Positions 13,823-25,860 of a stretch of DNA of 64,000 bases are shown piece by piece (position 1 is the stretch's first letter; each line of letters begins with the position of its first letter). The stretch is from contig NC_087447.1 in assembly GCF_036321535.1 (NCBI RefSeq), positions 12,896,001 through 12,960,000 on the forward strand, in the 5' to 3' direction. The DNA comes from Camelus dromedarius. Taxonomy: Eukaryota. Below the pieces are notes generated by a model. That model searched no databases. It saw nothing but the letters and a program-made list of their open reading frames with translations, and was not told the DNA's origin. Both the position numbers and the translations under genes were made by a program.

Positions 13823-14089
13823 AAGATGCAGTGATTCTTTAAAAGATGTGCACATTAAGAGATGATACTAACTCCTTTCAGGATGAAAGGGAATAAATGT
13901 GGCTCAGCTGATAAGGCCTGGAAGAAGTCGGAGAACTAGCGAGATCCTTATTGGCAAAGCTCTATATTTCCAATCCTAAAATTACACTCTTCCACGTAAA
14001 TAAACATATAGCTGAGAAAAACTCTAGGGGGGAAGTGCTCACAGGTAAACTAGGTAAATCTACAGAAGAGTATCTGTGATCTTGGGAGG

Positions 14090-14210
14090 TAGCTTAACAT
14101 GACAGTTAAGAGCACAGCAGGTATGCGAGAGATGACTGGGTTCAAATCTTAGCTTTGTTACTTACTGCTTGCATGACCTTGATAAAGTTATTTAATCGCT
14201 CTTTGATGGT
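14090..14210 (+). mobile_element. MIR SINE remnant
   Basis: gttaagagcac...ctgggttcaaatcttagctttgttacttactgcttgcatgaccttgataaagttatttaa matches the MIR core. Confidence 0.75.
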
Positions 14211-16719
14211 TAGAAGAATAAACAAATAGATATTTGTAAAATATTTATGTAACTCTTACATAATAAACACTAAAATGAATATTTATTAAATAAAATTTAT
14301 AAAACAAATGAATATATCCTCTTATTTCTTTTTAATTATTTACTCAATAGCTTGAAATACCCAGACAGTTGCCTCAAAATTCATCTTATCTTTGGCATCA
14401 TGGGCACTTGCAAATGAATTGTTTGGCAGCAGTAAATTGTTTACACAGCTCTATAGTGATTGCTTTCCTTTCTCTAGGTTTTTGTCTCTTTCTTATGTCT
14501 GGGGTATGGATATGAAAATGTCTGGTGTGAGGTCACAGGGACATTGTTTTGAAGGACAACTGTATCTCTGCACTTACTAATGAACTTCTAAACTGAGGCT
14601 ATATGGGAAAAATACAGAGACAGAAAAATCACCAAGGAAAAAAATTATGACAGGTGCCAATGTAAAATTAATTATAGTTGATGGAATATTCAGCAGGAAG
14701 TTAAAGATATGTACTTAAAGATATGTATCTTTGGAAGTGGCTTAAGTGTGTAACACTGTAGTGAGTAATAAGGCAAACGAATAACGGAGATCTATTCTTC
14801 CCGCCGTGCATGGGGACTTGAGAATTTCCCCTCTCCCAATAATACGACCTGCAATCTTCTAGGTGCAAGGAGAAGAGAAGTCAGTCAGACTCATAGAAAC
14901 TGATGAAGTTTAGCTTACTTAATGTAGCTTAATTAGACTGTTGGATTTCTTAAAATTCCCAAATAGGCACAGTCACCTTCCCCATCATGGAAATAAGGAG
15001 CACCATGAATCAGGCAGTGACTTTTTGGAAAATGGCATGAGTAAGCTAAGGTCAGATTTCTGTTCCATAAACCCCAGTCACTCCTCCAGCCGCCCCACCA
15101 CCTCTCCCCACAACACAAAGGTGGAAAAACCCTACAGAGTCAGTAAAGATGCATTTTATCTAAGGCAACATTATCTTTGCTACATTCACACCAGACATTT
15201 TGTTGAGGCTTTAGGGAATCAGTCACTTACCTTAGCACCATCTAGAAGTTTGAATTGCAGAATTTATTTTGTGCAAGAAGCTGACAACATTTCTCTCCAG
15301 GTTTCATACGTAAGTCTTAACAAGAGATGAGTATTTATAGTCTGGTCTGTGGCAAGTGGGATATTATCCCAAGATACTTCCCAACCCCAGCGGATTTTGG
15401 ATTGGCAATGACCTTCTTTCCAGTGGTGTGGCTTGAATGATTTTAATGGAGAAAAATGAAGAAGGAAAATGAACATAATTGACTATTGTGTAGGCTGTTT
15501 CATCACTCCATGTGTCCCACACTGAAAGATCTAAGATGAAAAACAACAACAAAATTCCTTGTATTCTACCAGCCGATTAAAATCTGTACATTTTATGATC
15601 TCTATCAGATACTTAAAGATACTTTAAAACACTTAGTTGTATGAGGGAATTCTGAAGTGCAAGGTCAGCACTATTGAGAGGAATCCCAGGCACCCTAATT
15701 TTAGTTTGTTTCTCAATTTTCTGCGGGACTAGAAGGAAATATGCCTCCAGTGATAAGATGTTTTAGTTTTCTTTTGTATATCAGTATTTACAGCAATATT
15801 TATTAATACTTTAAAAAGCAGTTCTAGATTTTAATTTTCTTTAAGTTATTGGCAATGGTGTAGAGCCTGTATCTTAAGACTCCTAAGATAGACAGCATGG
15901 AGAATGGATAAATACAGGATGCCATGCTTACCTGCAAACCATTGGCCTCTTTCCCAGTTCTGGTGGGAAAACTGAAATGAGTTTTGTTCCTGTTAGAAGA
16001 CTGTCTTATTTAACAGATGAAAGATTAGTGCCTTTAGAAAGAAGGACCATCTCTCTTCAACTAAAATAGCGATGTGTGTGAAAAACTAGAAGCTGGAAAA
16101 ATACAGCTTACACATTTTTGGAGTGAGAAAAGCTGTCAAAATTATTTTTCTTTCTTTCTTTTTCATATAGTAAACCTACATGTCTGCCAAAAGGAAATAG
16201 TAAAAAGAAAAAATAGGAAAGAATAGTAATTTCTTAATTAATTTAAAAATGTAATTGCCAAATTTTTTCCTTTTTCTTCCTTTTTTTTTTTTTTTTTAAT
16301 AAGGAATGTGTGTGCCATTAAAACACAAAGATTATCTTTCACTTTAAGGGTTCCAATCATGTTTTACACACAGTGATATTGGCAAAGACAGCAGTAAAAC
16401 AGCTTTGCTTACTTAAAGCACAAAATGAGTTTGCTTAAAGATATTGAATAACTCACAGACTGGATAGAAACCTGGAGAACTCACCAAGAAAACTAGCAGG
16501 AAGCAAAGGAAATAAGACAAGAGTGAGGAGGCCACCACAGGAAGAGTTTGCCTCACCTGTGACAATGGCCAGCCACTCACACTGCCAGGCGTTGGGAATA
16601 ATTTCTCACTTCTGCTGCCCTCAAAGTCAGGAACAAAATTTTGGACTAGCTTAGAGTAGTGTGCATGCCCAAGTTTTAGTTTCTAGGGAGGTGGAAGAAG
16701 AAATATGTTTCCTTAGCCT

Positions 16720-17680
16720 CAGTCTTGGGGGCTGAGAAGACCCTGGGACGTCACCCAATTCCGCGGAGCCATGATTGCTAACTTAGAAGGAAGTCTGTCC
16801 CACATATGAAAGGCTCTAAAGTGACCGAGCCAAGAGCTACAGAGGACGGATGCAACAACTTCACAAGAATGTTGTAGATGGAGCACTGAGCCCGTACCAG
16901 GAAGTCCATCTACATACCGTCTCCTTGGACTTCCCCTTCCCTGCCCAAAGTTCCTATTCCTGAAGTCTCCAAGACTAGTCCTTGACTGGCTCCTGGGGGA
17001 TCTCCTCTAAAACCCTGGAATATCCTGTCTGATAAAAGCATTTCTGTATCCTGGGGTCCACATCAAACAGTTGGTGCCACTGATGTAATTAATGGTGAAT
17101 GCCTGCGGGAGGGTGTAGCTCAGTGGTAGAGTGAGTACTTAGCATACATGAGGTCCTGGGTTCAATCCCTACTATCACCGTTAAAATAAATAAATAACCC
17201 TAATTACCTCAAAAAACTTGATGACTGCTTTGTTTCTTTGCTTGTTTAGGTTTTGTTTTTGTTTTGTACACCTGGGGCTTTGGGCTACCCTGAATTGTAA
17301 TCAGCTTTAACTGTGGGGTGGGGCAGCTTGAGAAAAGATGGTTTTGTGGGCTATCCATGCCTGTGAATAAACCCCTAATAAAACTCTGGACATGGAGACT
17401 TGTCTAAGTTCTTCCTGTTGACAATACTTCCTAAGAGTTGTCAGACAACACTGCCGGGAGAATTCAATTGTCCCACCAACTGAGTGACTCCACCAGGAGA
17501 GGATGGTGGAAGCTCATGCCTGGTCCTCCTTCACGCTGTTCTAGCCACATTTTTCTCTTGCTGATTTCAGTCTGTACCTGTAGCTGTGGTAAACCATGAC
17601 CACGTGTGCGATGGCTTTCCTGGGTTGTGCGAGGCCGTCTAGTGAGTCACCAGGCCTGACAGTCCTGGGCACCTCTGACA
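16720..17680 (+). mobile_element. MER21-like LTR, interrupted by a SINE (5' boundary approximate)
   Basis: The 3' half (gtgactccaccaggagagg...ggaagctcatgcctggt...ttctcttgctgatttcagtctgtacc...tagtgagtcacc...ctgaca) follows recalled MER21 and ends in CA at 17680. Confidence 0.6.
17107..17216 (+). mobile_element. Vic-1-like camelid tRNA-derived SINE
   Basis: gggagggtgtagctcagtggtagag (A box) and ggttcaatccc (B box) are followed by ttaaaataaataaataaccctaattacctc and an A tail, matching the recalled Vic-1 layout. Confidence 0.8.
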
Positions 17681-17944
17681 AAAGTGCTCAATTTGGAAAA
17701 TGTTCCTCAAGCATTTTTCTTTCCTTTTTTTTTAACTTAAGGTTTTAAACTTTTAATTTTTATATGATACTAAATATGAAACTTTATTTTAAAAATAAAA
17801 TATGCAAATCTGGAAACAAAATAAATGAATACATATAAACTTACCTCCTGAGTTAAATTAAAAAAAAAAAAAGCTTTTTGAGTATCGCCAAAATCAGTTC
17901 TCTGTGATCACCCGGTTCTTGCTTCCTTGACAATAACAATCACA

Positions 17945-18720
17945 ATATGATATCACCTCTTACCTGTCAGAATGGCTGTCATCAAAAAGANNNNNNNNNN
18001 NNNNNNNNNNNNNNNNNNNNNNNNNNNNNNNNNNNNNNNNNNNNNNNNNNNNNNNNNNNNNNNNNNNNNNNNNNNNNNNNNNNNNNNNNNNNNNNNNNNN
18101 NNNNNNNNNNNNNNNNNNNNNNNNNNNNNNNNNNNNNNNNNNNNNNNNNNNNNNNNNNNNNNNNAAACACTGATTCAAAAGGATACATGCACACCAATAT
18201 TCATATCAGCTCTATTTACTGTAGCCAAGATGTGGAAGCAACCCAAGTGTCCATCAGCAGACAAATGGATGGAGGAGATGTGGTATATACACAACTGAAT
18301 ACTGCTCAGCCATAGACAGGAATGAAGTGTTGCCATTTGCAGCAACATGGATGGACCTGCAGGGTATTATGCTTTGTGAAATAAGTCAGACAGGGAAAGA
18401 CAAATACTGTATGTTATCACTTATATGTGGAACCTAAAAAATAAAACAGACAAATGAATATGACAAAATAGAAACAGAATCACAGATACGGAGAACAAAC
18501 TTGTGGTTACCAATGGGAAGAAGGAAGGAGGAAGGAGCAAGATAGAGGTAGGGGATTAAAAGGTAGAAACTAAATGAGCTACAAGGCTACATTGTACAGC
18601 ACACGGAATACAGCCAATATTTTATATAAAACTTAAGTGGGGTATAATCTATAAAAATTTTGAGTCACTATGTTGCACACCTGAAACTAATGTAATATTG
18701 TAAACTAAATACACCTCAAA
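17945..18720 (+). mobile_element. L1 3' fragment (ORF2 C-terminus and 3' UTR), spanning a gap
   Basis: The translation LIQKDTCTPIFISALFTVAKMWKQPKCPSADKWMEEMWYIH is the L1 ORF2 C-terminus, and the L1 3' UTR follows. Confidence 0.92.
17991..18164. other. Assembly gap (174 N)
   Basis: Run of N inside an L1. Confidence 1.
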
Positions 18721-18789
18721 AATGATAATAAAGCATTCTTCTGTATTTTTTATGATTCCCTAGCTTTCAATTTTAAAAATAAATTCATC

Positions 18790-19920
18790 TATATCTTTGA
18801 AACTATATTTTACTAATTTGATTTTTATTTTTCAATATTATAAATGCAAGTTATAGTTAGTCTCCTATATTGCTTGTGTTTTTCTTCGATATTATGTTTC
18901 TAAAATTTGCCCATGTTCATAGGTATCCTTGTACTCTAAATTTTGAAATGTTGTAGCATTATTTTCCTTGATGTGTCATAATTGAATTGTGAATTTTATT
19001 TTATCAGGACCAGCGCTGATGTGAGTGTTACTTTAGACGTCACTCAGTGCACGCGTGCAAGCGTTTGTCTAGGTCCACCCCTAGATGTGACACTGAATAG
19101 ATACAGGGTATACATAGGTTCAACTTTAAAATACAACAAAATGTTTTCTAAATTTCTGTTTCATATTTATATTCTCAAGAACAGCACATCATACCTTAGA
19201 TTCTGTATCATTGCTAATGCTTGTTAGGCATGTAACATATTTTGCCAACATAATGGAGGTGACAAATATTTAAATCTTTAACACAGCTGGGATGATTTTT
19301 TTGTCTATTGTATTAGGGAGGGAATCTTTTCTTTTTGAATACAGATAGAACGTTTTCCCCACTGTTTTTGAAAAAATATGTTCTCCATTTATTTTCAGTG
19401 ATACCTTAGAATGTATTACATTTTTATTTATGTGTAGATGTGTTTCTGGACCGTCTAGTCTGATCAGCAGTCTGTTGCTAAGCTTTCCTTCATATAATGG
19501 CAATGAAATCTCCTAGATACTTCTACAGGAGTGGCTTGATCTTTTTGTTCTGGGTTATTCCACCAAAATTTTACAACTAGCTTGTCACTTTTAGAATATT
19601 TTTGAAATTTGGTTGGGAATTGCGTTGTATTTACAGACCAATTTTGCCAAACTTACATCTTTAAAATACTGAATCATTCTCATAAACATAGTGTCACTGT
19701 TTATACAGTTTACATAAAATCTTTTAATGATATTTTATAATTTTCTTGATAAAAGTTTTGAGTAGTTATTGTTGGAGCTATTTTCCAGGATCTTGTATAA
19801 TATAAATGTTATTCTTAAAAAAATTACATTCTCAATATTTTCTGCAGTGATGAGAAAATGCATCAGGCCAGATATTGATCTTATATTTAACAACTCACAC
19901 AAACTATTTTATTAATTTTT
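18790..19920 (-). mobile_element. Old, degraded L1 (L1M/L1ME-type) fragments
   Basis: Antisense L1-like stretches include gtgtttctggaccgtctagtctg and ttggttgggaattgcgttgtatttacagaccaatttt. Confidence 0.55.
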
Positions 19921-22185
19921 ATAATTTGTCATTTTACCCCTTTACACGAGTCTATTCCTTATACACTTAAAAATTTATTTATTTTTTGGAGGGTTCCTTC
20001 ATCTGCTGGCTGCATCCACCAGTGAATTGTTACCTGGAATTGGCAACATTGGACATCATTTTATTTTACATAATTTTAAAGTGACAATCACTAAACTTCT
20101 GCTTATTAGCATTGATGATAAGATGTCAATTCAGTTGTAAGTACTAATTAAAATTATATTTGAACCTCCAAATGCAATTTAGCTAGCTTGCTGTGCATCA
20201 TTACTGACATAAAAGAAGACGAGGAAAAACTCATTTGCAATGGTAAATCTTTTGGAAAGATTTCAAGCAAATAAAGTATAAACATTTAACCACTAAATTG
20301 CGAAAGAAGATATGACTTTAAAGGTAACTGTCCACTCTTTTTGAAAGCATTTTCATTTCACCACCAATTTGGAGTGCTAATGCTGCCACCTTTTGAGATA
20401 GACTAACACTAACCATGCAAAGTGAATGCCCAACGAGTCTCATTAACAATAATCTTTGGTGTATTTTTTAGCTCAAATTTCAAGAGTACACAGAGAAATT
20501 ACTACTGAAGGGATAAGTACTGTAAACAATGGTTATCCTGAGAGATAATTAATAGGGATGAGGACTCCTTCCTAGCTTTTTTTTTTTCACTTTAGTGTAA
20601 TAAATCCCTTTGAAAATTGTGAATTACTACATTTTTGCATTGGGGAAGCTATAGGGCTCAAACTCAGAACGTTTCCTAACTATGTCATTTCTTATTGAAT
20701 CTCAAGAGAAATCAGTAGATATCACAGCTATTTAATGAATCAACATATTTTCATTCTTTTCTATTAAAAAAAAAACACATGCATTTTAGCAACAGAAATG
20801 AAAAAAGGCCCTGTTTGTCCTACATTCTTAAATTACAACTTATTACATATATTTATCTTATTAAATTGAATATACTTATTAGAGCAAAATATTAACATCT
20901 TGAGATTAACCCTTAGATAAAGGACATGCATAAAAATATTCACAATCTAAGAAGTGATGAATCATTAATCTAATCATTTATAAAACTGACTTAAAGATTT
21001 TAAAAGTTACATTTTAAAATATAATCAAGCCTATTCATTAATTTATTCCTTTACCTACAAATATTTATTGAATGTCTACCATATAACAGACACTGTTCTA
21101 TTAACCTGGCCAATAATTATAAAGATTTGTGCTCTAAAAAAGTTTATTAGAAAATTATGAAAGAGAAAAATATAAACGAGTAACTGAAGATGATACATTC
21201 TGTTATTAACGTGTTTTGTGAATACAGTTGTGTAGATTTTTGTGATTAAGGATTTCATTCTATTTTTGATGTCAAAATCTTTGAAATCTTTGAAAAATGT
21301 TGTATTAGAGAGGATACAACATTCTTATTTAATTAAATCAAGATATGTGGAAAGTTGAATTGACAAAAAATAGTATTATCGTTATCGGATAACTCAATGA
21401 TTAACAAAGATGGTTAGTTCATTTAAAGTGAACTTTCAGACTCCTTTTTCGCAGAGTATTTTTTTGGTAATAGATGAGTTACTGACACATGATAATATAG
21501 AACTAACTCTGCATCTCATAAAATGTAACGTCCTTTTGATGAGCACCTGATTTATACATCTTCAAAAGATATAATTATCAAATATGAGAGTTTATCTTTT
21601 TTGTGAATTAATATAAAATTTCTATACTGCCTCATAAGTTAATCAGAAGAAAAATAAATATGTATATAAATACACAGAATGAAGATGTGTAAACTTCTTG
21701 AGCCATTATTAAGTTAAAAAACAAACAAATCCATTAAGTTTATCAAGAAGCAAGTCAGTAATGGAACTGAAGAGAAAGCTGTCAGTAGGAAAGACACCGT
21801 ACAGAATGTAAGGGGCTCAAACTTGGTTACGTCTTTATCCCAAGATGTATTTCATGGTCCCTCCCTCCGTGGAAAATAATTCTAAAAAGCTCCATAGTCA
21901 TCCCTTAAAATATTAATTTTTACATAATGAGAATGAATACATTATAAAAGAAACACCAAGAGCAGCAGTTATTGTCAAGGCAAACTTCCAGCTGGATTTA
22001 AAGCCTGTGAGACCATTTAGAAATTTTCCATTACTGTAGCAGCTTCGGCTGTTTCCCATTCTTCCTGTATTTTCACAAGAGGAGTCATTGGTGGCAGGAC
22101 AGTAATGTTTGCACTTGAGAACCTCATAGTCTCATTAAGAAAGTGACCCCATAAGACATTCTCCCAAGCCTGACAAAGTCATAGG

Positions 22186-23583
22186 AATCAACTTATGCAC
22201 TTATGGTCAAACTGTGACAAAGGAGGCAAAAATATACAGTGGAGAAAAGACAGTCTTCTCAAAAAGTGGTGCTGGGAAAATTGGACAGCTACATGTAAAA
22301 CAGTAAGATTTGAACATTTCCTCACAAAAATAAACTCAAAACGTATTAAAGACCTAAATGTAAGACCAGAAACCATAAAACTGCTAGAAGAGAACATAAG
22401 CAGAACACACTTGGACATTTTTATAGCAATATATTTTTGGATCTGTCTCTGAAGGCAAAATAAATAAGAGCAAAAATAAATAAATGAGACCTAATTAAAC
22501 TTAAAAGCTTTTGCACAGCAAACGAAACCATCAGCAAAACAAAAGACAACCTATGGAATGGGAGGAAATATTTTCAAATGATATGACTGGCAAGATGTTA
22601 ATGTGCAAAATATATAAATACCTCATGCTTCTCAATATCAAAATAAACAAACAACCCAATCAAAATAAATGGGCAGAAGACCTAAACAGAGAGTTTTCCA
22701 AAGAAGACACACAGTTGGCTAACAGGCACATGAAAATTATTATAGAAATGCAAATCAAAATGACAATTAGATATCACCTCACATCTGTCTGAATGGCTGA
22801 TAGTAAAAAGTCTTTAAGAAACAAAGGTTAGAGAGGACATGGAGAAAAGGGAACCTTCGTACACAGTTGGGGGAAATGTAAATTGGTGCAGCTACTATAG
22901 AAAACAGTATAAAAACTAAAAATAGACTACCGTATGGTCCAGCAATTCATCTCCTGGGAAATACCTGGTAAAAACAAAAACACTAATTCAAAAAGATAAA
23001 TTACACACCCACCAATATTCATAGCAGCACTATNNNNNNNNNNNNNNNNNNNNNNNNNNNNNNNNNNNNNNNNNNNNNNNNNNNNNNNNNNNNNNNNNNN
23101 NNNNNNNNNNNNNNNNNNNNNNNNNNNNNNNNNNNNNNNNNNNNNNNNNNNNNNNNNNNNNNNNNNNNNNNNNNNNNNNNNNNNNNNNNNNNNNNNNNNN
23201 NNNNNNNNNNNNNNNNNNNNNNNNNNNNNNNNNGAAAAATACTATATGATAGATAGCTCTTACATGTGGAATCTAAAAAATAATACAAATGAATGTATAT
23301 GCAAAACATAAACAGACTCACAGACACAGGAAGCAAAGCCGTGGTTACCAAAAGGAAGAGGGAAATGGGGGGGCATGCAGTTAGGGGTATGTGTTTAAGA
23401 GTTACAAACTGCCATGTTTAAAAATAGATCAGCAACAAGGACATATTGTAAAGCACAGGAAATTATAGCCATTCTCTTGTAATCATTTTTAATGGTTTAT
23501 AATCTACAGAAATACTGAATCATTATTCTGTACCTTTGAAACGAATGCAATACTGTAAATCAACTATACTTCAATTTAAAAAG
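22186..23583 (+). mobile_element. L1 3' fragment (ORF2 3' part and 3' UTR), spanning a gap
   Basis: The translations [23 protein letters not shown]...[17 protein letters not shown] and [11 protein letters not shown]...RYHLTSV are frameshifted L1 ORF2. The fragment ends in caactatacttcaatttaaa. Confidence 0.95.
23034..23233. other. Assembly gap (200 N)
   Basis: Run of N inside an L1. Confidence 1.
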
Positions 23584-23919
23584 TTAGGTTTTCTTAATCC
23601 ATTGTCTTAATTGCTGAGGTTACAGTGTTTTTTTAAACAACAGATTTAGTTAGTATCCCTTTCCCATTTATTTCACTTAAGAACAGAGTTAGAATGGAGG
23701 TTAAACTTAGCCAGATAAGGGGGGGTACACACACATGTACACACACACACACAAAGGGGAGAATAATAATTTGGCTGTGGGCTGTGTAGTCTTTTTGGAT
23801 AAGCTAAAACTTCAAATAAAGAAGCAATTACATAGCCAATTATTATCATTATTTTTTTTTACTTTGACAAAAAACTTCCAAGTAGCATGGAGGTCAGGAA
23901 CCAGTTTATGATTAAAGAG

Positions 23920-24100
23920 CCATGTGATCATATTTTATTTCCTTTTGAGACTAGAGTTTCTGCCTTTAGAGGATTGACTCCAGCATTAAAACCTATAACC
24001 TAGTCTCCATGGTGACCTGATCCTCCTTAAGGAGAAGCCAGATAAAAGGGCAGCAATCTGTATACACTCAAAAGTTGTCTCCAAATTGTACAGGTAATTC
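23920..24100 (+). promoter_or_regulatory. Candidate OR5F copy A promoter / non-coding first exon
   Basis: The block is conserved with 54615-54795. It contains O/E-like sites (tctccatggt, palindrome tccttaagga at 24024-24033) and ends in a shared donor-like cag|gtaatt at 24093/24094. The function is inferred only. Confidence 0.35.
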
Positions 24101-24915
24101 CAATCATCACTACATTGCATGTCATTTGAAAAATGAAAATGTTTTTCTTTCTGTTTGTAAGCTTCAGGACTTACTCAGGACTCTGATAAAAAAAGAAAAT
24201 AATGGACCAGACAAGGAAGACACTGGGAAGGAAGCTGTAAGTGTCTGGGGCTGTCATTCACAGCCGTGGGCAGGAGCAGTGCCTACTACTGCACGGCACT
24301 GATTTGACAGTGCAGTTTGTAATGAGAACAGCGGTTTGGTTCACTTTAAAAACACCACGAAAACATTCTTAAGACTATATAGATGTCAAAATATTGGTTA
24401 TTTGAAATGGGCTACTTTTACTGCTTGGAGAACAAAAGAGCAAATTCCGGGTGGCAATGCATGGATTTTAGAGTTGAAGAATACACAGAGTGGTCTTGAG
24501 GAGAAAAAAAAAATGCATTTGAGTCAAACTCGTACCTGTTCAGAGAATGGGAGAGACTTCAGCCTGGGCATTTCTATACTTTGCATTTTGGATGTGGGCC
24601 AGTAGAGAAAGAATAGCATATATACATTGCATTTTCAGAAGCTGAAATGGATCATGTGGACTTAGTGATTTGAGACTCTTACAGCTGAGATTCATTCAAT
24701 ACACTCAATTGTTTAATAAATTCCAGTGTTTTCATTTGTCCGTTAAGTTTCCTTTTATGATAGTCACTCTGTTTACTATGCTCTATTATCGCAGGGGTTT
24801 TATTTTTCCCATGTGTTACTAACTTCGGTAACATTTCTATTATTTCCTGGAAACTTTGGGAGTAGGGGGGGATACTGACAGGTAATACAAGTTTAGGCAC
24901 ACTATATCTGTAATA

Positions 24916-25860
24916 ATGGCCAGAAAAAATTACACTTTGCTGACTGAGTTCCTCCTGTTGGGATTAGCAGACACGCCAGAGCTACAGATTCTCCTCTTTC
25001 TGCTTTTTGCTGTGATTTACACACTTACAGTTCTGGGGAATGTTGGGATGATCTTATTAATCAGGATGGAGTCCCGACTTCACACTCCCATGTATTTCCT
25101 CCTGGCTCACCTGTCTTTTATGGACGTTTGTTATTCATCCACCATCACTCCAAAGATGCTGGCAGATTTATTGTCAGAGAAGAAAACCATCTCCTTTGCT
25201 GGCTGCTTCCTGCAGATGTACTTCTTCATAGCCTTTGCCACAACTGAATGCATCACTTTTGGGTTAATGGCCTATGACCGGTATGTGGCCATCTGCAACC
25301 CTCTGCGTTACTCCTTGATCATGTCCACCACAGTCTGCCTAAAAATGGCAGCTGGGTCTTTCACAGCAGGGCTGTTGAACTCCATGGTTCACACAGGTTA
25401 TGTAAGCAGCTTGCCATTCTGCGGGTCCAGGGTCATCCATCACTTCTTCTGTGACAACCCTCCAATTTTTAAGCTCTCGTGTTCTGACACTCACCTGTAT
25501 GAAGTCATTTTGTCCACATTTGCTGGTGTGAATATGGTCGGGACTCTGCTGGTGATCCTCGCCTCCTACGGCTGCATCCTCTTCTCCATCTTTCGGATGC
25601 ATTCCGGGGAGGGCAGGCGCAAAGCCTTCTCCACGTGTGCCTCTCACCTGACAGCCATCATTCTGTTCTGTTCCACCTCCACCTACACTTACCTGAGACC
25701 TAGTTCCAGCTACTCCCTGAGTCAAGACAAAGTGGCTTCCGTGTTCTACACGGTGGTCATCCCCATGTTGAACCCTCTGATCTACAGCCTCAGGAATAAG
25801 GAAGTGAAGAAGGCTCTATGGAATGCAGTTCCTAGGACAAGGATCCCTTCATGTCTGTGA
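24916..25860 (+). CDS. OR5F1: Olfactory receptor 5F1-like, copy A, 314 aa
   Basis: [20 protein letters not shown]...[26 protein letters not shown]...[17 protein letters not shown] matches recalled OR5F1, and all OR motifs are present. Which copy is the true OR5F1 orthologue cannot be decided here. Confidence 0.92.
   Translation: MARKNYTLLTEFLLLGLADTPELQILLFLLFAVIYTLTVLGNVGMILLIRMESRLHTPMYFLLAHLSFMDVCYSSTITPKMLADLLSEKKTISFAGCFLQMYFFIAFATTECITFGLMAYDRYVAICNPLRYSLIMSTTVCLKMAAGSFTAGLLNSMVHTGYVSSLPFCGSRVIHHFFCDNPPIFKLSCSDTHLYEVILSTFAGVNMVGTLLVILASYGCILFSIFRMHSGEGRRKAFSTCASHLTAIILFCSTSTYTYLRPSSSYSLSQDKVASVFYTVVIPMLNPLIYSLRNKEVKKALWNAVPRTRIPSCL

Noticed and set aside
17107-17180. Apparent tRNA-Ala gene
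   Set aside because: The stems are mismatched and it continues into a SINE-specific tail with poly(A), so it is a SINE.
17947-18315. ORFs containing long X runs (also 23019-23351)
   Set aside because: They are artefacts of N gaps inside L1 fragments.
19010-19090. CpG-rich spot with the 12-bp palindrome tgcacgcgtgca
   Set aside because: It corresponds to the degenerate L1 3' UTR motif tgcacatgtgcaagagtttctctagg, so chance symmetry is a sufficient explanation.
25339-25725. 128-aa antisense ORF repeated at 56094-56480
   Set aside because: It is a shadow frame of the OR5F CDS and is conserved only because the two CDSs are nearly identical.
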